38,593 nt of DNA from Callorhinchus milii (GCF_018977255.1 NW_024705506.1:1-38593), one strand, 5' to 3'. Counted from the stretch's first letter, positions 23,704 through 34,259 are shown. Made by a program: numbers and translations. Notes: a model not told the origin generated them from the sequence alone.

Positions 23704-25310
23704 CAACAACAACAACAAGATTCCATTTATAGAACGCCTTTCATGTCGGGAGGACATCCCAAGGCGCTGTACAGTTGGGTCAGGACTCGAGCATTGGGGG
23801 GAAATGGTCAGGTGAGGGGAGGGAAGGGAGCGTGGAGGGGGGAAATGGTCAGGGTGAGGAGAGGGAAGGGAGGGAGCGAGGAGGGGGGCAATGGTCAGGG
23901 TGACGGGAGGGAAGGGTGGGAGCGAGGAGGGGAGCTGAAGGCACGGTTGAAAAGAAAGGTCTTGAGACTGACCTTGATGCAGGAAATGGAGGAAGCGGCG
24001 AAGGCACTGGGGAATAGAGTTCCAGAGCCTCGGGGCTGAGAGGCTGAAGGCCACCGATGGTAGGGCGTTTGGGGTGGGGAATGTGGAGCAGACCGGAGCC
24101 AGAGGAACGAAGGGTACAGGCAGGTAGGTAGGGGGATAGTAGGTCAGAGAGGTAGGAGGGAGCGAGGCCATGAATGGCCTTGTAGGTGAGGATGAGGATC
24201 TTGAATTCGATCCTCTGGGGGATGGGGAGCCAGTGGAGGCGAGCGAGGGCGAGGATGAGGGTGAAGGCGAGGGTGGGAGTGAGGGTGGGAGTGAGGGTGA
24301 GGGCGAGGGCGAGGGTGGGAGTGATGTGGTCTCGAAGCCTGGTGTGGGACAGTACACGAGCTGCAGAGTTCTGAATGACCTGCAGTGTGGAGGGAGGGCC
24401 GGGAAGGCCGACGAGGAGAGAGTTCCCATAGTCCAGCCTTGAGGTGACAAGGGCATGGACCAGAGTTTCAGCCGCGTGAGGGGTGAGGTAGTGCCGTAGT
24501 CTGGCGATGTTTCGGAGGTGATGGAAAGCGGTGCCGGTTGTGGCACGGATATGAGGAAGAAAGGACAGCTCAGGGTCGAACAGAACCCCGAGGTTCCTGA
24601 CTGGCTTTGAGAGGTGGAGAGTGCAGCCTTGGATGCTGATGCTGTCAGCACAGATGGTCAGGATGTCATTGGTGACCTTGACCAGGGCAGTTTCTGTGCT
24701 GTGGGCAGCACAGAAACCCGACTGAAGGTGTTCGAATAATGAATGGGTGGAGAGGAAAGAGCGCAGCTGGGAGGGGACAACTCTTTCGAGGACCTTGGAC
24801 AGGAAGGGGAGGTTGGAGATGGGCCGGTAGTTTGATAGCTGCGACGCATCAAGGGAGGGTTTTTTCAAGGTGGGAGTGATGGTGGCAGTTTTTAGGGGAA
24901 TGGGAACAGAGCCAGAGGAGAGGGACAGGTTGACGATGTCTGTGATATGTGGGGCAAGAAAGTGGAGCTGGGAGATAAGGAGTGGAGTGGGGATGCGGTC
25001 AAGGGAGCAGGTGGTGGGTTTCAGAGAGAGGATGAGTTTGGTGACAGAGGGTGGGGAAACGGGTACGAAAGTGTGTAGGGGAGGATGGGTAGGAGTCGGA
25101 GTGTGGTAGGGAGGTGTTGGGGAGTGGGTGGAGGTTGGAGGGGAAGTGACCGCGGAGCGGATTCCCTTGATTTTGGATGCAAGGAAATCCAGCATCTCCT
25201 CGCAGTGAAGGTTGGAGGAGATGACCTGCGGGGGGTGGCGGGGGGGACGGAGGAGTTGGGGTGTGGTAGAGAACAGTAGCCTAGGGTTGTTCTTCGCCTC
25301 CAGGATTATA
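23704..25310 (-). mobile_element. Young 5'-truncated L2 with an open ORF2 remnant but an in-frame deletion of the RT core
   Basis: 490-aa ORF with NYRPISNLPFLSKVLE, QSGF..HSTETALVKVTNDIL, NLGVLFD, SRLDYGN and LHWLPI. Lacks DLSAAFD, GVPQG and YADD. Intact 3' UTR and (TTG)n tail. Confidence 0.95.
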
Positions 25311-25554
25311 CAGAGTGTCAAGTGTGGAGGAGACCTTCATGGTCTGTCTTTGAATGGTTCAGATCATGCCTTTCACACAATCTTGTGCGGTGTTCCTCAA
25401 AGCTCTATCTTTGGTGCTATTCAGCGCCTTGGGACAACCTTCCAACGTGCAAGGTAGGCCCTGTGTATGTGTAATGTGTTGTTGTTACCATGTTACTGGA
25501 GGGAGTGTACCTCTTCCACTCTGACCTTTGGCCTCCTCCCACTTCTCGCTGCAG

Positions 25555-25681
25555 CCACAGTCTCTCATCGAGCAGTTGGGTGCCTACAAACTGGCAGTGG
25601 ATGAGCGAGAGTTCAAGGAGGAGCAGCTGAGCACCCTGAGAGTGGATGTGTGCAGCACCGAGACCCTCAAACGCCTGAAAG
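25555..25681 (+). CDS. RPRD2: RPRD2 coding exon (human exon 6): PQSLIEQLGAYKLAVDEREFKEEQLSTLRVDVCSTETLKRLK
   Basis: Acceptor ctcgctgcag and donor gtacag; 127 nt. Matches human QLSTMRVDVCSTETLKCLK. Confidence 0.97.
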
Positions 25682-25826
25682 GTACAGTCCGAAGGCCTAA
25701 GAGTGTATGTGTGTGTATCTGTCTGTCGCCCTCTCTCCTCTCTCTCTCTCTCTCTCCATGTCTCTCTCTTTCCCCCTGTGGTGGGGTGAGGTGTCTGTAG
25801 TTTAGCTGACCGACTTGTACCTGCAG

Positions 25827-26002
25827 ATCGGGCGGGTGGCAAGCGATTCTCCAAAGACTTTGAGGAGTCCAGTTTGAAGCTGGAAGATTTCTGCGCTGAG
25901 CTGGACAGAGAGGTGAAGAGGACGCCACCGCTGATCGAAGCCCTGGAGAACGCAGAGATCTTCTACGAAGCCCAGTACAAAGAGGTGAAGATTGTTGTCA
26001 AT
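25827..26002 (+). CDS. RPRD2: RPRD2 coding exon (human exon 7), coiled-coil/CREPT-like region: DRAGGKRFSKDFEES...ALENAEIFYEAQYKEVKIVVN
   Basis: Acceptor gtacctgcag and donor gtaagt; 176 nt. Conserved FYEAQYKEVK. Confidence 0.97.
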
Positions 26003-26233
26003 GTAAGTGTCCTTATCACTATACTAATAATTCAGGGAATCATCAATTCTCTCCTTACTGGAGCTGAACTCCTAAGCTATATAAGTATAAGTTGTTGTTG
26101 TTGAGCTTCCAATTAATCAGCACAGCGCTGGGTAGGAGAGCACCACATTGTCAAAGGGGCTGTTCTTTCAGATGAGAACATTAAACCTCCAGAGATGAAA
26201 GTTGCCAAATGTAAATTGTATCAATATCTTTAT

Positions 26234-26301
26234 TTCAGCGCTTTGGGACGTCCCCCCAACGTGAAAGCGCTCTATAAATGGAATCTTGTTGTTGTTGTTG
26301 T
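26234..26301 (+). mobile_element. Isolated L2 3' tail with (TTG)n
   Basis: cagcgctttgggacgtcccccaacgtgaaagcgctctataaatggaatcttgttgttg. Confidence 0.85.
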
Positions 26302-26459
26302 ATTTACTTACAAGACACAGTCGCTCGGCTGCACAGAAAAGCCCACAAAGCATTTTGAGAGGTCCTCTACTGTGCGATGTAAGGAAGACTATTACTGTGA
26401 TGTAAGGAGGCTGATAAACAGGTAATGTACTGGCGTCTCCCCCCACCTCCCCCCTGCAG

Positions 26460-26754
26460 GCATACAAGACCTTCGCTAACCGGGTCAATAACCTAAAGAA
26501 GAAGCTGGACCAGATGAAGTCCACCCTCCCTGAGCACGACGAGTCCCCAATCTTGTCCCCGTGCATGGATGCCCCCTCGCCCAATGGCTCCGAATCCCCT
26601 ATGCGCCAGACCGAAGTGATTGAGGTGGAGATGCCAGCCGGGGGTAATAACAGCCCAGAATCCCCTACCCCACAGGTCTCCGGGGACAACTGTGCCGTGG
26701 AGGACATGGAGCTTTCTGATGACGAGGGGGATGCTGACACCACCCACATCATAG
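26460..26754 (+). CDS. RPRD2: RPRD2 coding exon (human exon 8): AYKTFANRVNNLKKKLDQMKSTLP...DAPSPNGSESP...VEDMELSDDE
   Basis: Acceptor cccctgcag and donor gtactg; 295 nt. Near-identical to human AYKTFANRVNNLKKKLDQLKSTLP. Confidence 0.97.
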
Positions 26755-26797
26755 GTACTGCGTTTTACTTTATGCGTGTATGTAAAAAGGAGAACTC

Positions 26798-26979
26798 GCA
26801 CTCTCATCTCTAAGTCAGTGGATTTGAGACCACTCAAAACTTGTTTTGTACAGTCCAGGCTAACGCTTCAGCACAGTGTTGGGGAAGCGCCACATTGTTG
26901 GAGAGGCTGTCCCTTTCAGATGAGATGTTAAACTTCATTCCTCAACCATATTCTCTTATGGCAGATGTTAAAGAGCCCA
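26798..26979 (+). mobile_element. Old tRNA-derived Deu-domain SINE (SacSINE1-like), head plus Deu domain, overlapping the exon 9 acceptor
   Basis: gcactctcatctctaagtcag...ccaggctaacgcttcagcacag...tttcagatgagatgttaaac...gatgttaaagagccc is colinear with copies at ~27345-27545 and ~37216-37410. Confidence 0.7.
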
Positions 26980-27192
26980 GTCCAACACCAACAGTGAGCA
27001 TCAGCTTGAAGCTTGTCAAAGCCAAAGCAGCCATCTCGACCTCAGTGGAGACTCCCCGAAGTAAGAGTGCTGCTTCCGGTGGAGGAGGCAGCGTGGTCAC
27101 ATCTCCTCAGGCCCTCCCGAACCTGGTCAACATTGATCTGGGCAAAATCAGCTCCATCCTCAGCAGCCTGACCTCCGCCATGAAGAACACAG
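26965..27192 (+). CDS. RPRD2: RPRD2 coding exon (human exon 9): DVKEPSPT...ALPNLVNIDLGKISSILSSLTSAMKNTG
   Basis: Donor ACAG|gtcagt. Acceptor ttctcttatggcag gives the correct phase (1-1, 228 nt). C-terminal half matches human ALPNLANVDLAKISSILSSLTSVMKNTG. The 5' boundary is less certain. Confidence 0.88.
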
Positions 27193-27344
27193 GTCAGTGA
27201 GGCTCTGCGGAGAGGCAGAAACATGGAAACACTCCCTTTCTCATCCAATAAATGCTCCTGTCCTGCTCAAAAGGGTTAATGATGCTTAGGGAGGTTAATG
27301 TGTTTCTGGAATGATACATAGATGTACTTCCCAAGCGTGTAAGC

Positions 27345-27760
27345 TGCACTGCATGAATCAGAAGATTTGGGGGTTCAAGCTTCCCCTCCCCATACACATT
27401 GAATATCATAAGCTCATGCTGATGATCCAGCACTGGGGATAGAAAGCGCTGCAGTGTCTGAGATGCTGTTCGTTTCTGATGAGACGTTAAACCTCACTCT
27501 CTCTCTGTCTGTGCCCTGTTCAGGATGGACGTTAAAGATCTCCCGTGGCGCTGTCAGTGGGGAAAGAGAAGGGAGTTTCTCTCTACTGACAGTTAAAATT
27601 GCTTGTTCGCTTCATGGCTGTTTGTGGAAACATGTTGCGCATAAATTGGCTGCTGCATTTGGCCTTGAAACACACATACACCACACATTAACAGTAAAGC
27701 CCTGCAAAGTGCTTTGAGATGCCCTCCTGATGTGGTAAGGTGCCTGTTCAAATGCAATGA
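27345..27760 (+). mobile_element. Old Deu-domain SINE (SacSINE1-like)
   Basis: gatgagacgttaaac...caggatggacgttaaagatc...ggctgtttgtgga...aaattggctgctgcattt...tcaaatgcaa. Confidence 0.8.
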
Positions 27761-28059
27761 TATGAAATGTCATCTCCCTCTCCTACTCCGTCCCCTCATG
27801 CAACCTTGGAAAAAGCTTCCCCCCTCCAGTCCCTCACAAACGCAGTCTTTATCCTCAAATCTCTTTTAAGCCTTCCATCAGCAGGCATCCTGATGCAGCC
27901 ATCAAGCTGCTAAACAAATGTCTCTCCTGAACCTTCCTTCACTTCTGTTACCTCTCTGAAATGTGCAGCTATGTCTAAGCCTACCCGCTCCCCCTGGTAT
28001 CATAGTCATCTCCTCTCCCTCAAATACCAAACCCGGTTGCTTGAGTGCAGATGGGTCCC

Positions 28060-28760
28060 TTTCACACATTAAACTCCGTATCCCAATCACCCCAGTTTTC
28101 CCCAGGCTCCACTAGCTTCCTGTCACACACGTTAAACTCTGTACCCCATCACCCCAGTCCTTTGCAGGATCTAGTGGCTCCCGATCACACACATTAAACT
28201 CGGTACTCCCATTATGCCTGTCCTCGCTAGGCTCCACTGGCTCCCTATCATACACTAAACTACATACCGCATCACACCTGTCCTTGTCTGCATTTATTGG
28301 TTCCCTATCACACAAACTGAACTCCATACCCCATCACTCCAGCCTCGGGCTCCACTGACTCCCTATCACACACACTAAACTCCATCCCCCATCACCCCCA
28401 GCCCTCATCAGGGCTCCACTGGCTCCCTATCACACACTAAACTCTGTATCCACATCACCCCAGCCCTCGCAATGCTTCACTGGCTCACTATCACACATTA
28501 AACTTCATACCCCTATCACCTCAGCCTTCGCCAAGCTTCACTGGCTCACTACCACACACTAACTTCCATACCCACATCACCCTAACCCTCACCAGGCTCC
28601 ACTGGCTCCCTATCATACACTAAACTATGTATCCCATCACACCTGTCCTTGCCTGCATTTATTGGTTCCCTATCACACACAATAAACTCCATACCCCAAC
28701 ACCCCAGCTCTCGCCAGCCTCCACTGGCTCCCAATCACACACTAAACTCTGCACCACCAT
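28060..28760 (+). repeat. ~61-bp minisatellite (~12 copies) derived from the L2 ORF2 'ITPxLxxLHWLPI' segment
   Basis: Unit cacacactaaactccataccccatcaccccagccctcgccaggctccactggctccctat. It follows an L2 fragment at ~27770-28060. Confidence 0.9.
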
Positions 28761-29106
28761 GATCCCAACAAATTTCCAAATTTCCACAGAAAACCATCCC
28801 GACAAAATGCAACAAATTTCCACTCTCACCAAATTCCTGTTGTAGAGCTTCGCTCTGTTCCCAGCTCACTGTTTATATCTCCCTCTGTTGGGCACGCAGT
28901 AAAACCCAGGGGCCCTCTGCTCAGCCTGCACTGTAAAACTCATTGTGTCATCTGTGGGTTTGCATAAAATCTATTGGAAGTTTAGGCTAGAAACAGGAAG
29001 CTTTGGTCCTCAGTCAATGTCCTCAGTCACCACCTTACCGCATGCTGTTCCCCTGCCGCAATTCCACTGAATCAAAGCTTCTGCTCTCCTTTTTGCCTCT
29101 TACCAG

Positions 29107-31894
29107 GGCTTTCAACATTACTTCAAAGTGTGACTGGGAACGTCACCACCAACGTAGTACCTATCCCTGCTGGCCCTGCGATGGCCTCAGCCACCAGCCC
29201 ACTGGACAGGAACCTCCCCCTGATCAACGCTAATGCCCAGGCCCTGATTCAAGGCCTGATCGGCTGCTCCCCCAACTCCCCTGCCTCGGAAATCTCCTCC
29301 GCCTCATCGGCTACCTCAGCCCCGGGCTTAGGCCTCAGTCCTGCCCTGTCGGGCACGAGCCTCAAGCCCCAGGTGAACACCATGGCTCACCAACTCCCTC
29401 AGAGCAGAGCCAGCTCCATGCCAGAGAGACTGGCCGGAAAGGCTGCCGAAGCCACAGAAAACCATCCCGAGCCCAAGCCAGCCTCTCCCTCCAGCCTGGA
29501 AGTGAAGATCCACAATTTCCTGAAGGTCAACCCGGGCTTCAAAGCCCTGGACCTGAACATTCCTCTCCTCAGCCACCTGGGTACCACCGACCCCAGTGCC
29601 AAGACCCAGCCTCCTAGTTCGGAAGGCACCGGGAACGCCATGTTGGAGAACCAGGAAGGCACGCCCGTGAGGGATGAGAGGGGAGGCACTCCCACCCAGG
29701 ATGAGATGATGGACAAAACGTCGCCCATAGCTGCCGTGGTGGGGGATCCCATGTCACTGCTCTCCAAACTGATCAGCCCCCCTTCCTCCTCGTCCACCAG
29801 CAGCCCTCCCTCACCTCCGCCATCGCTGGCTCTCCAAGGAGCCAGAGAGCCTGGCGTTCCCTCTTACCAGACTAACGCCACGTCCCCTTACAGCCTGGCC
29901 CGTGACCCCTTCCTGTCCACCTACGAACCCCCCTCAGAGATGTGGACAGCCTCTCTCCCCATAGAGACTCCCCCGGACACCCCTTCTACCCGGGGGAGTC
30001 ATGCCAGGATGAGAAAGAATTCTCGGACTTCGACTATGCAGATCCCCCGCGCCTGGCAGTCTCCAACCTGGTCAAACAGTCGGCGAAATCCATCCTCAAA
30101 TGCAAGGGTCCCGAGCCGCTGGGCGGCAGCGAGTACAAGCCGGGGTCCGGCAGTTACAGCCGGCTGAAGTCCGGCTTTCCCGGCAAACCAGTCAAGTCCA
30201 TCCTGAAGAATAGCGAGGGCTTCGGCAGCCGGGGATACACCGGGGAGGAGCAGGGAATGGAACAGGAAGAGCTGCCATCGCCCGGACAATTCTTCTGCTC
30301 GGAGTCCAACAACATCCTGGTGCAGACCTCGTTTCCCGAGCTGGCCCAGGCCCAGGCCCAGGTCGGGGATGACTCTCAAACCCACCTGTCTGGTTCTTTC
30401 CCCCATCCACCCGGCGACAAGCTCGTCCTGGCTCTGAGCTCTCCCATCTCGGCCACCTCCACCATCGAGTTCAAGAATATGCTGAAGATCGCCTCGCGCA
30501 GATCCACCGACGAGAAGCCGCTGGAAAAGCTCCTCAGCCCCATCTCGGAGGCCGAGAGGGTGAGCGAGAACGGGGGGCGTCCTGGCTCAGGCCAGCCCGG
30601 CTTCAAAGCACATGAAGAAAGCGGCATCTCCGAACTGACTCGTGATGGCCTGGAAGAGAAGGGAGCCCCCATTGAGACCCTGGGCAGCAGAAAGCCGGCA
30701 GCCGGCCGGCTTATATTCGGAGAGCCCATCCAGACCCTGGACTCGAGCCGGGGAGCCGGGAGAGGGAACCGGAGCCAGGGCCACAGCAAAGGTGGCTCGC
30801 GTAGCAGTTGGTATGAACAGCAGAAGAGCCTCTCCAACTACAACAATGAAACCCCGGCAGTGGACATTCCCAAGCTCCCGCAAGGAATGCCCTCCGGCTT
30901 CCACAGTCAGTATGACGAGCACCTGCACCAATTTCAAGACCAACCCAGCAGCAGCAGAAGCAGCTTCCAATCCAACAGCTATAGACCCTACTTTGACAGG
31001 TCGACATCTAAAATCGGACCCCGACCTAGCTCGCTCTGCGACCATCTGGGACTCCCACTGGGTCCCCCTCTGAGGGAACGCTTGCCCGGAGCCCCACCAC
31101 CAGACCGCTTGCTCACCTCCTACTCTCCACAGGATCACATCGGTCCACCCGCCGTGGCTCTCAGAGATTGCATTGCGTTGCACCCTGGCCCTCCTCCCAC
31201 GCAGGATCATATGGTGGGGGTCTCTTCAGGCCCCCTGAGAAAGCACAGCTCATTCCGTGACTGCACCGGCCCACCACCCGGTGACAATGATCACTTTGGT
31301 GGTCTCCCCTCCGGCCCACCCCCTCCCCAACGTGACTATCTGGGTCTGCCTCCTTCTGGCCCCCTACCCCTCACCCCTCCTCCTGGCCCCCCACCCTTGG
31401 ACCATCTGGTCCCTCGTCCTGGCCCCCCACCCCATGATCACCTGGGCCCACCCCCCCTCGGCCCACCGCCCATCCCCCCTCCAGGTCCCCCCCTGGCCCC
31501 CTCCCGGCCCCCCACCAGGCCCGCCCCCAGGGACCTGCTCAGCCTCCCAGGACCCCCCAGAGACCTGCTCAGCTTGCTCCCGTGCCCCCCCAGAGACTTC
31601 TTTGGCCAACCCAACAGGCTTCCGAGAAGCCACCTTGGCGGCCAAACCCACAGGCCCTCGAGGGACTACTCCGGGCCCCAAAAGGATCCGGGCGGTCCGT
31701 CCTTTGGAAGCCCGAGAGATTACAGCAACCCTGGCCGATACTTCCAGAGAGACTTCAGGGCCAGCTACCGAGGGCCCAGGGAGAACCTCTACGACCGCGA
31801 CTCATTCCAGGCCGGCAAGCGGCCCGGCCTGCCCTTCGTAAACCCCCCTTACACCAGTGCCCCCAAACGGCCCTACATGCCGCCGCGATACTGA
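29107..31894 (+). CDS. RPRD2: RPRD2 terminal coding exon (Ser/Pro-rich C-terminus), with an apparent 1-nt frameshift near 29906-29960
   Basis: Acceptor ttttgcctcttaccag. First frame gives GLSTLLQSVTGN, SLEVKIHNFLKVNPGF, GTPVRDERGGTPTQDEMMDK and MSLLSKLISP. Second frame gives FYP..DFDY, KSILK, ISATSTIEFKNMLK, EEKGAPIETLG, GEPIQT and APKRPYMPPRY*. All are colinear with human RPRD2. Confidence 0.95.
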
Positions 31895-31968
31895 GCGAGC
31901 GAGCGAGCCAGACAGCGAGCGCATGCGGGCGCGAGAGAGAGGAGAGAGAAAGAGAGCGAGCGAGAGAG
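31893..31968 (+). repeat. (GAGC)n/(GA)n microsatellite immediately after the stop codon
   Basis: gagcgagcgagcgagc...gagagagaggagagagaaagagagcgagcgagagag. Confidence 0.85.
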
Positions 31969-32413
31969 TTTATAAAGAAGTAGCAGATTCTGAAATGTGA
32001 ATGTTCCAGTTACATAGGGAGGAGGGAGAGGGTGGGGGCGTCTTGGCTGGGGGTGGTGGAAATGATATGATGTGTGCCATTCTGCTTTATCTTGATGGGG
32101 GAGGAAGCACAGCTTTTAGTTCAAAGCCTTTTGCACTCCGGTCTGTTTTCCTCTCACTCTCCCGTTTCTTGTCTTTTTGTTCTGCTCCCTCAAAAAGAAA
32201 AACCCATTATGAGCCCCTGTGCTTGTTAAAGGTTCCTTTACACTGTCATTCAAAACTAATGTGTGTTTACAGGTTCTGTCTTCTCCCTCGCAACTAGAGT
32301 GTTCAGCAAATTCCCAGAGTTACGCAAATAGTTGTGTTTGTTTGATTTACAAAGAAATTTATAAAGTGAAATTCTGTCAATGGAATACTTAATTTGATAT
32401 CAAAAAGTTATTC

Positions 32414-32484
32414 AATAAACTGAATTATTCATATAATCAGAATAGGAAACTCATGTCCCAGAGCTGAAAATCTTATTCAATAAA
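32414..32484 (+). terminator. Two candidate polyadenylation signals (AATAAA at 32414 and 32479)
   Basis: Canonical hexamers ~520-590 nt downstream of the stop. Usage is not shown; a further AATAAA lies at 35095. Confidence 0.5.
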
Positions 32485-34259
32485 CTGAACTATTCAATTA
32501 TCCCATATTCAATTAACTTTCACTGTTATCTTTTCAGAAACGTCTACCTCAGACTTTGCTCCGTTGGAGAGAAAAGGATGAGGAGATATAAGGTGGTTAA
32601 GGAGAATTTCTCTAACTTTTTTATTGCACAACTTTACCTTGGGGGTTCTATTGGTTTGTGGAGAAGGAAAACAATGAGTTACAAAATCCCGGTCCTTTGG
32701 TGCAATGTGCATTGGAGACCATTGTTATCACATGTCAGAGGTGGAGAGCTCCTGTGTGACTTGAGACTGAATCTTGTGAATTAGAATTTGGGGCAAGCCT
32801 TATTGGCATTATTTTAATGAAAAGTGCACTTTTTTAAAAACGATAGATCAAGAGAGAGGCGTGATATCTAGAGTGGCTTTGAAAATCAGCCACCAACTTC
32901 AACGAGTTTCCTTTGGGAATTTATCAAATGATGAAATAATGTTTTTGTGGGAGTGGGTAGGTGAATAGTACTGATGTGTATTGGAGTAAGAGAGGTTATT
33001 GTTCTCTCAATAAGAGGCCATTCTCTCCCATTGCCGGCTCCTTAGGCAGAAACTGGATTAGTTTGAGGAAGAGTTGAATCATTTTTAAAGAAAATTATAG
33101 CTATATGCAACACGGACACATGAACACATATGTGAAAAGAGAAAAAAAATCTTGTTTGCTTCAATTTTTTATCTCCTGAATTAAAAAGTGAAGATTGAGT
33201 GCTCCTTATCTTCTTCCTTTAACCTTCCCAGTGTTTGTAAATGATATTAATTCCTTCCAAACTATATTAGAATGCATTCGATAAATTGCAAAGACTTGAA
33301 CTATTTGTGTGTCTATGTTGATCTCTTTGTTCAAAACGTTTCCACCACCCCCTCACTCCCTCACTTGAATGTAATCTCTTTTGGAGGAAAAAGGTTCTAA
33401 AACATATTTGTCCGATCTTGATCAATCCAAACTGAGAAGGGATGCCCACTTTTTCATGTTCGTTTAATACACTATTTGTCATCTTTTGAGTTCAAAAGGA
33501 GTGTTTATAGGGGTGGTGGGGTGGTGTGGAGGTAGAAAATGAAATGCCTATTTTTCCCAAATGATGTGTGAGTACTTTAATAAGATGTATTTAATTCTTT
33601 TTAGGAAAGAAAAGGAAGATTCACAATATATTTTGGAGGGAGTGTTTTCAGGAAATGTATGACTTTGATTCATGTTTGAATTCAATGTTTGCCGTGCTTT
33701 GTCTCATTTGAACTCCCATCCTCTCTACCAATGCACAAATACATAATTTTGAGGTCTTAAGTTAGTCCTGTACCTCCTATGTTTTATATCTATATATAAA
33801 AAAATTAATGTTCCTGAACAGAGGAGATGTGAAATTTAACTGAAGTTGACTTGCATTTGAAACACATTTGTTGTATCTGCATATCTATTTGCTTTGCGGA
33901 GCCATTGTGAGATGCACCATATAACAGTCAAAGCCCTTGCTGTCTTTGAGATGATGGGAGGTTGAAGTACTCTGGTGCCCTTGCAACCAATTGTAGGGGG
34001 GTGCAAGACACTTTACAGGGATTGTGAAAGATCTCTGTACCCAGATTTTAATCGGTCAAACACGAAGATAGATGATGAAGGGGACCGTGAGCTTGGGCGT
34101 CTGAGTAATACCATATGCAATCCATTTTCCACAGCTGTGCTTTGCTCATTTGCTGTCCGTCACTCAGCCGGGGAGAGGGGGTCGGGGCGTGTGTTGAGGA
34201 ATGTACTACTAATTGCTTGAAGTCTGGACCATTTCTAGAGAGTTTTTGAATTGCTTCCA

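Noticed and set aside
23428..24651. 407-aa minus-strand ORF
   Set aside because: It is an alternative frame of the L2 ORF2/3' UTR with low complexity.
29915..29937. Tiny GT-AG intron or programmed -1 frameshift to rescue the frame
   Set aside because: 23 nt is too short for the vertebrate spliceosome, upstream frame-restoring donors are very weak, and there is no canonical X XXY YYZ slippery heptamer in frame.
29328..31983. Antisense and alternative-frame ORFs over the terminal exon
   Set aside because: These are expected shadows of GC-rich coding sequence with no recognisable domains.
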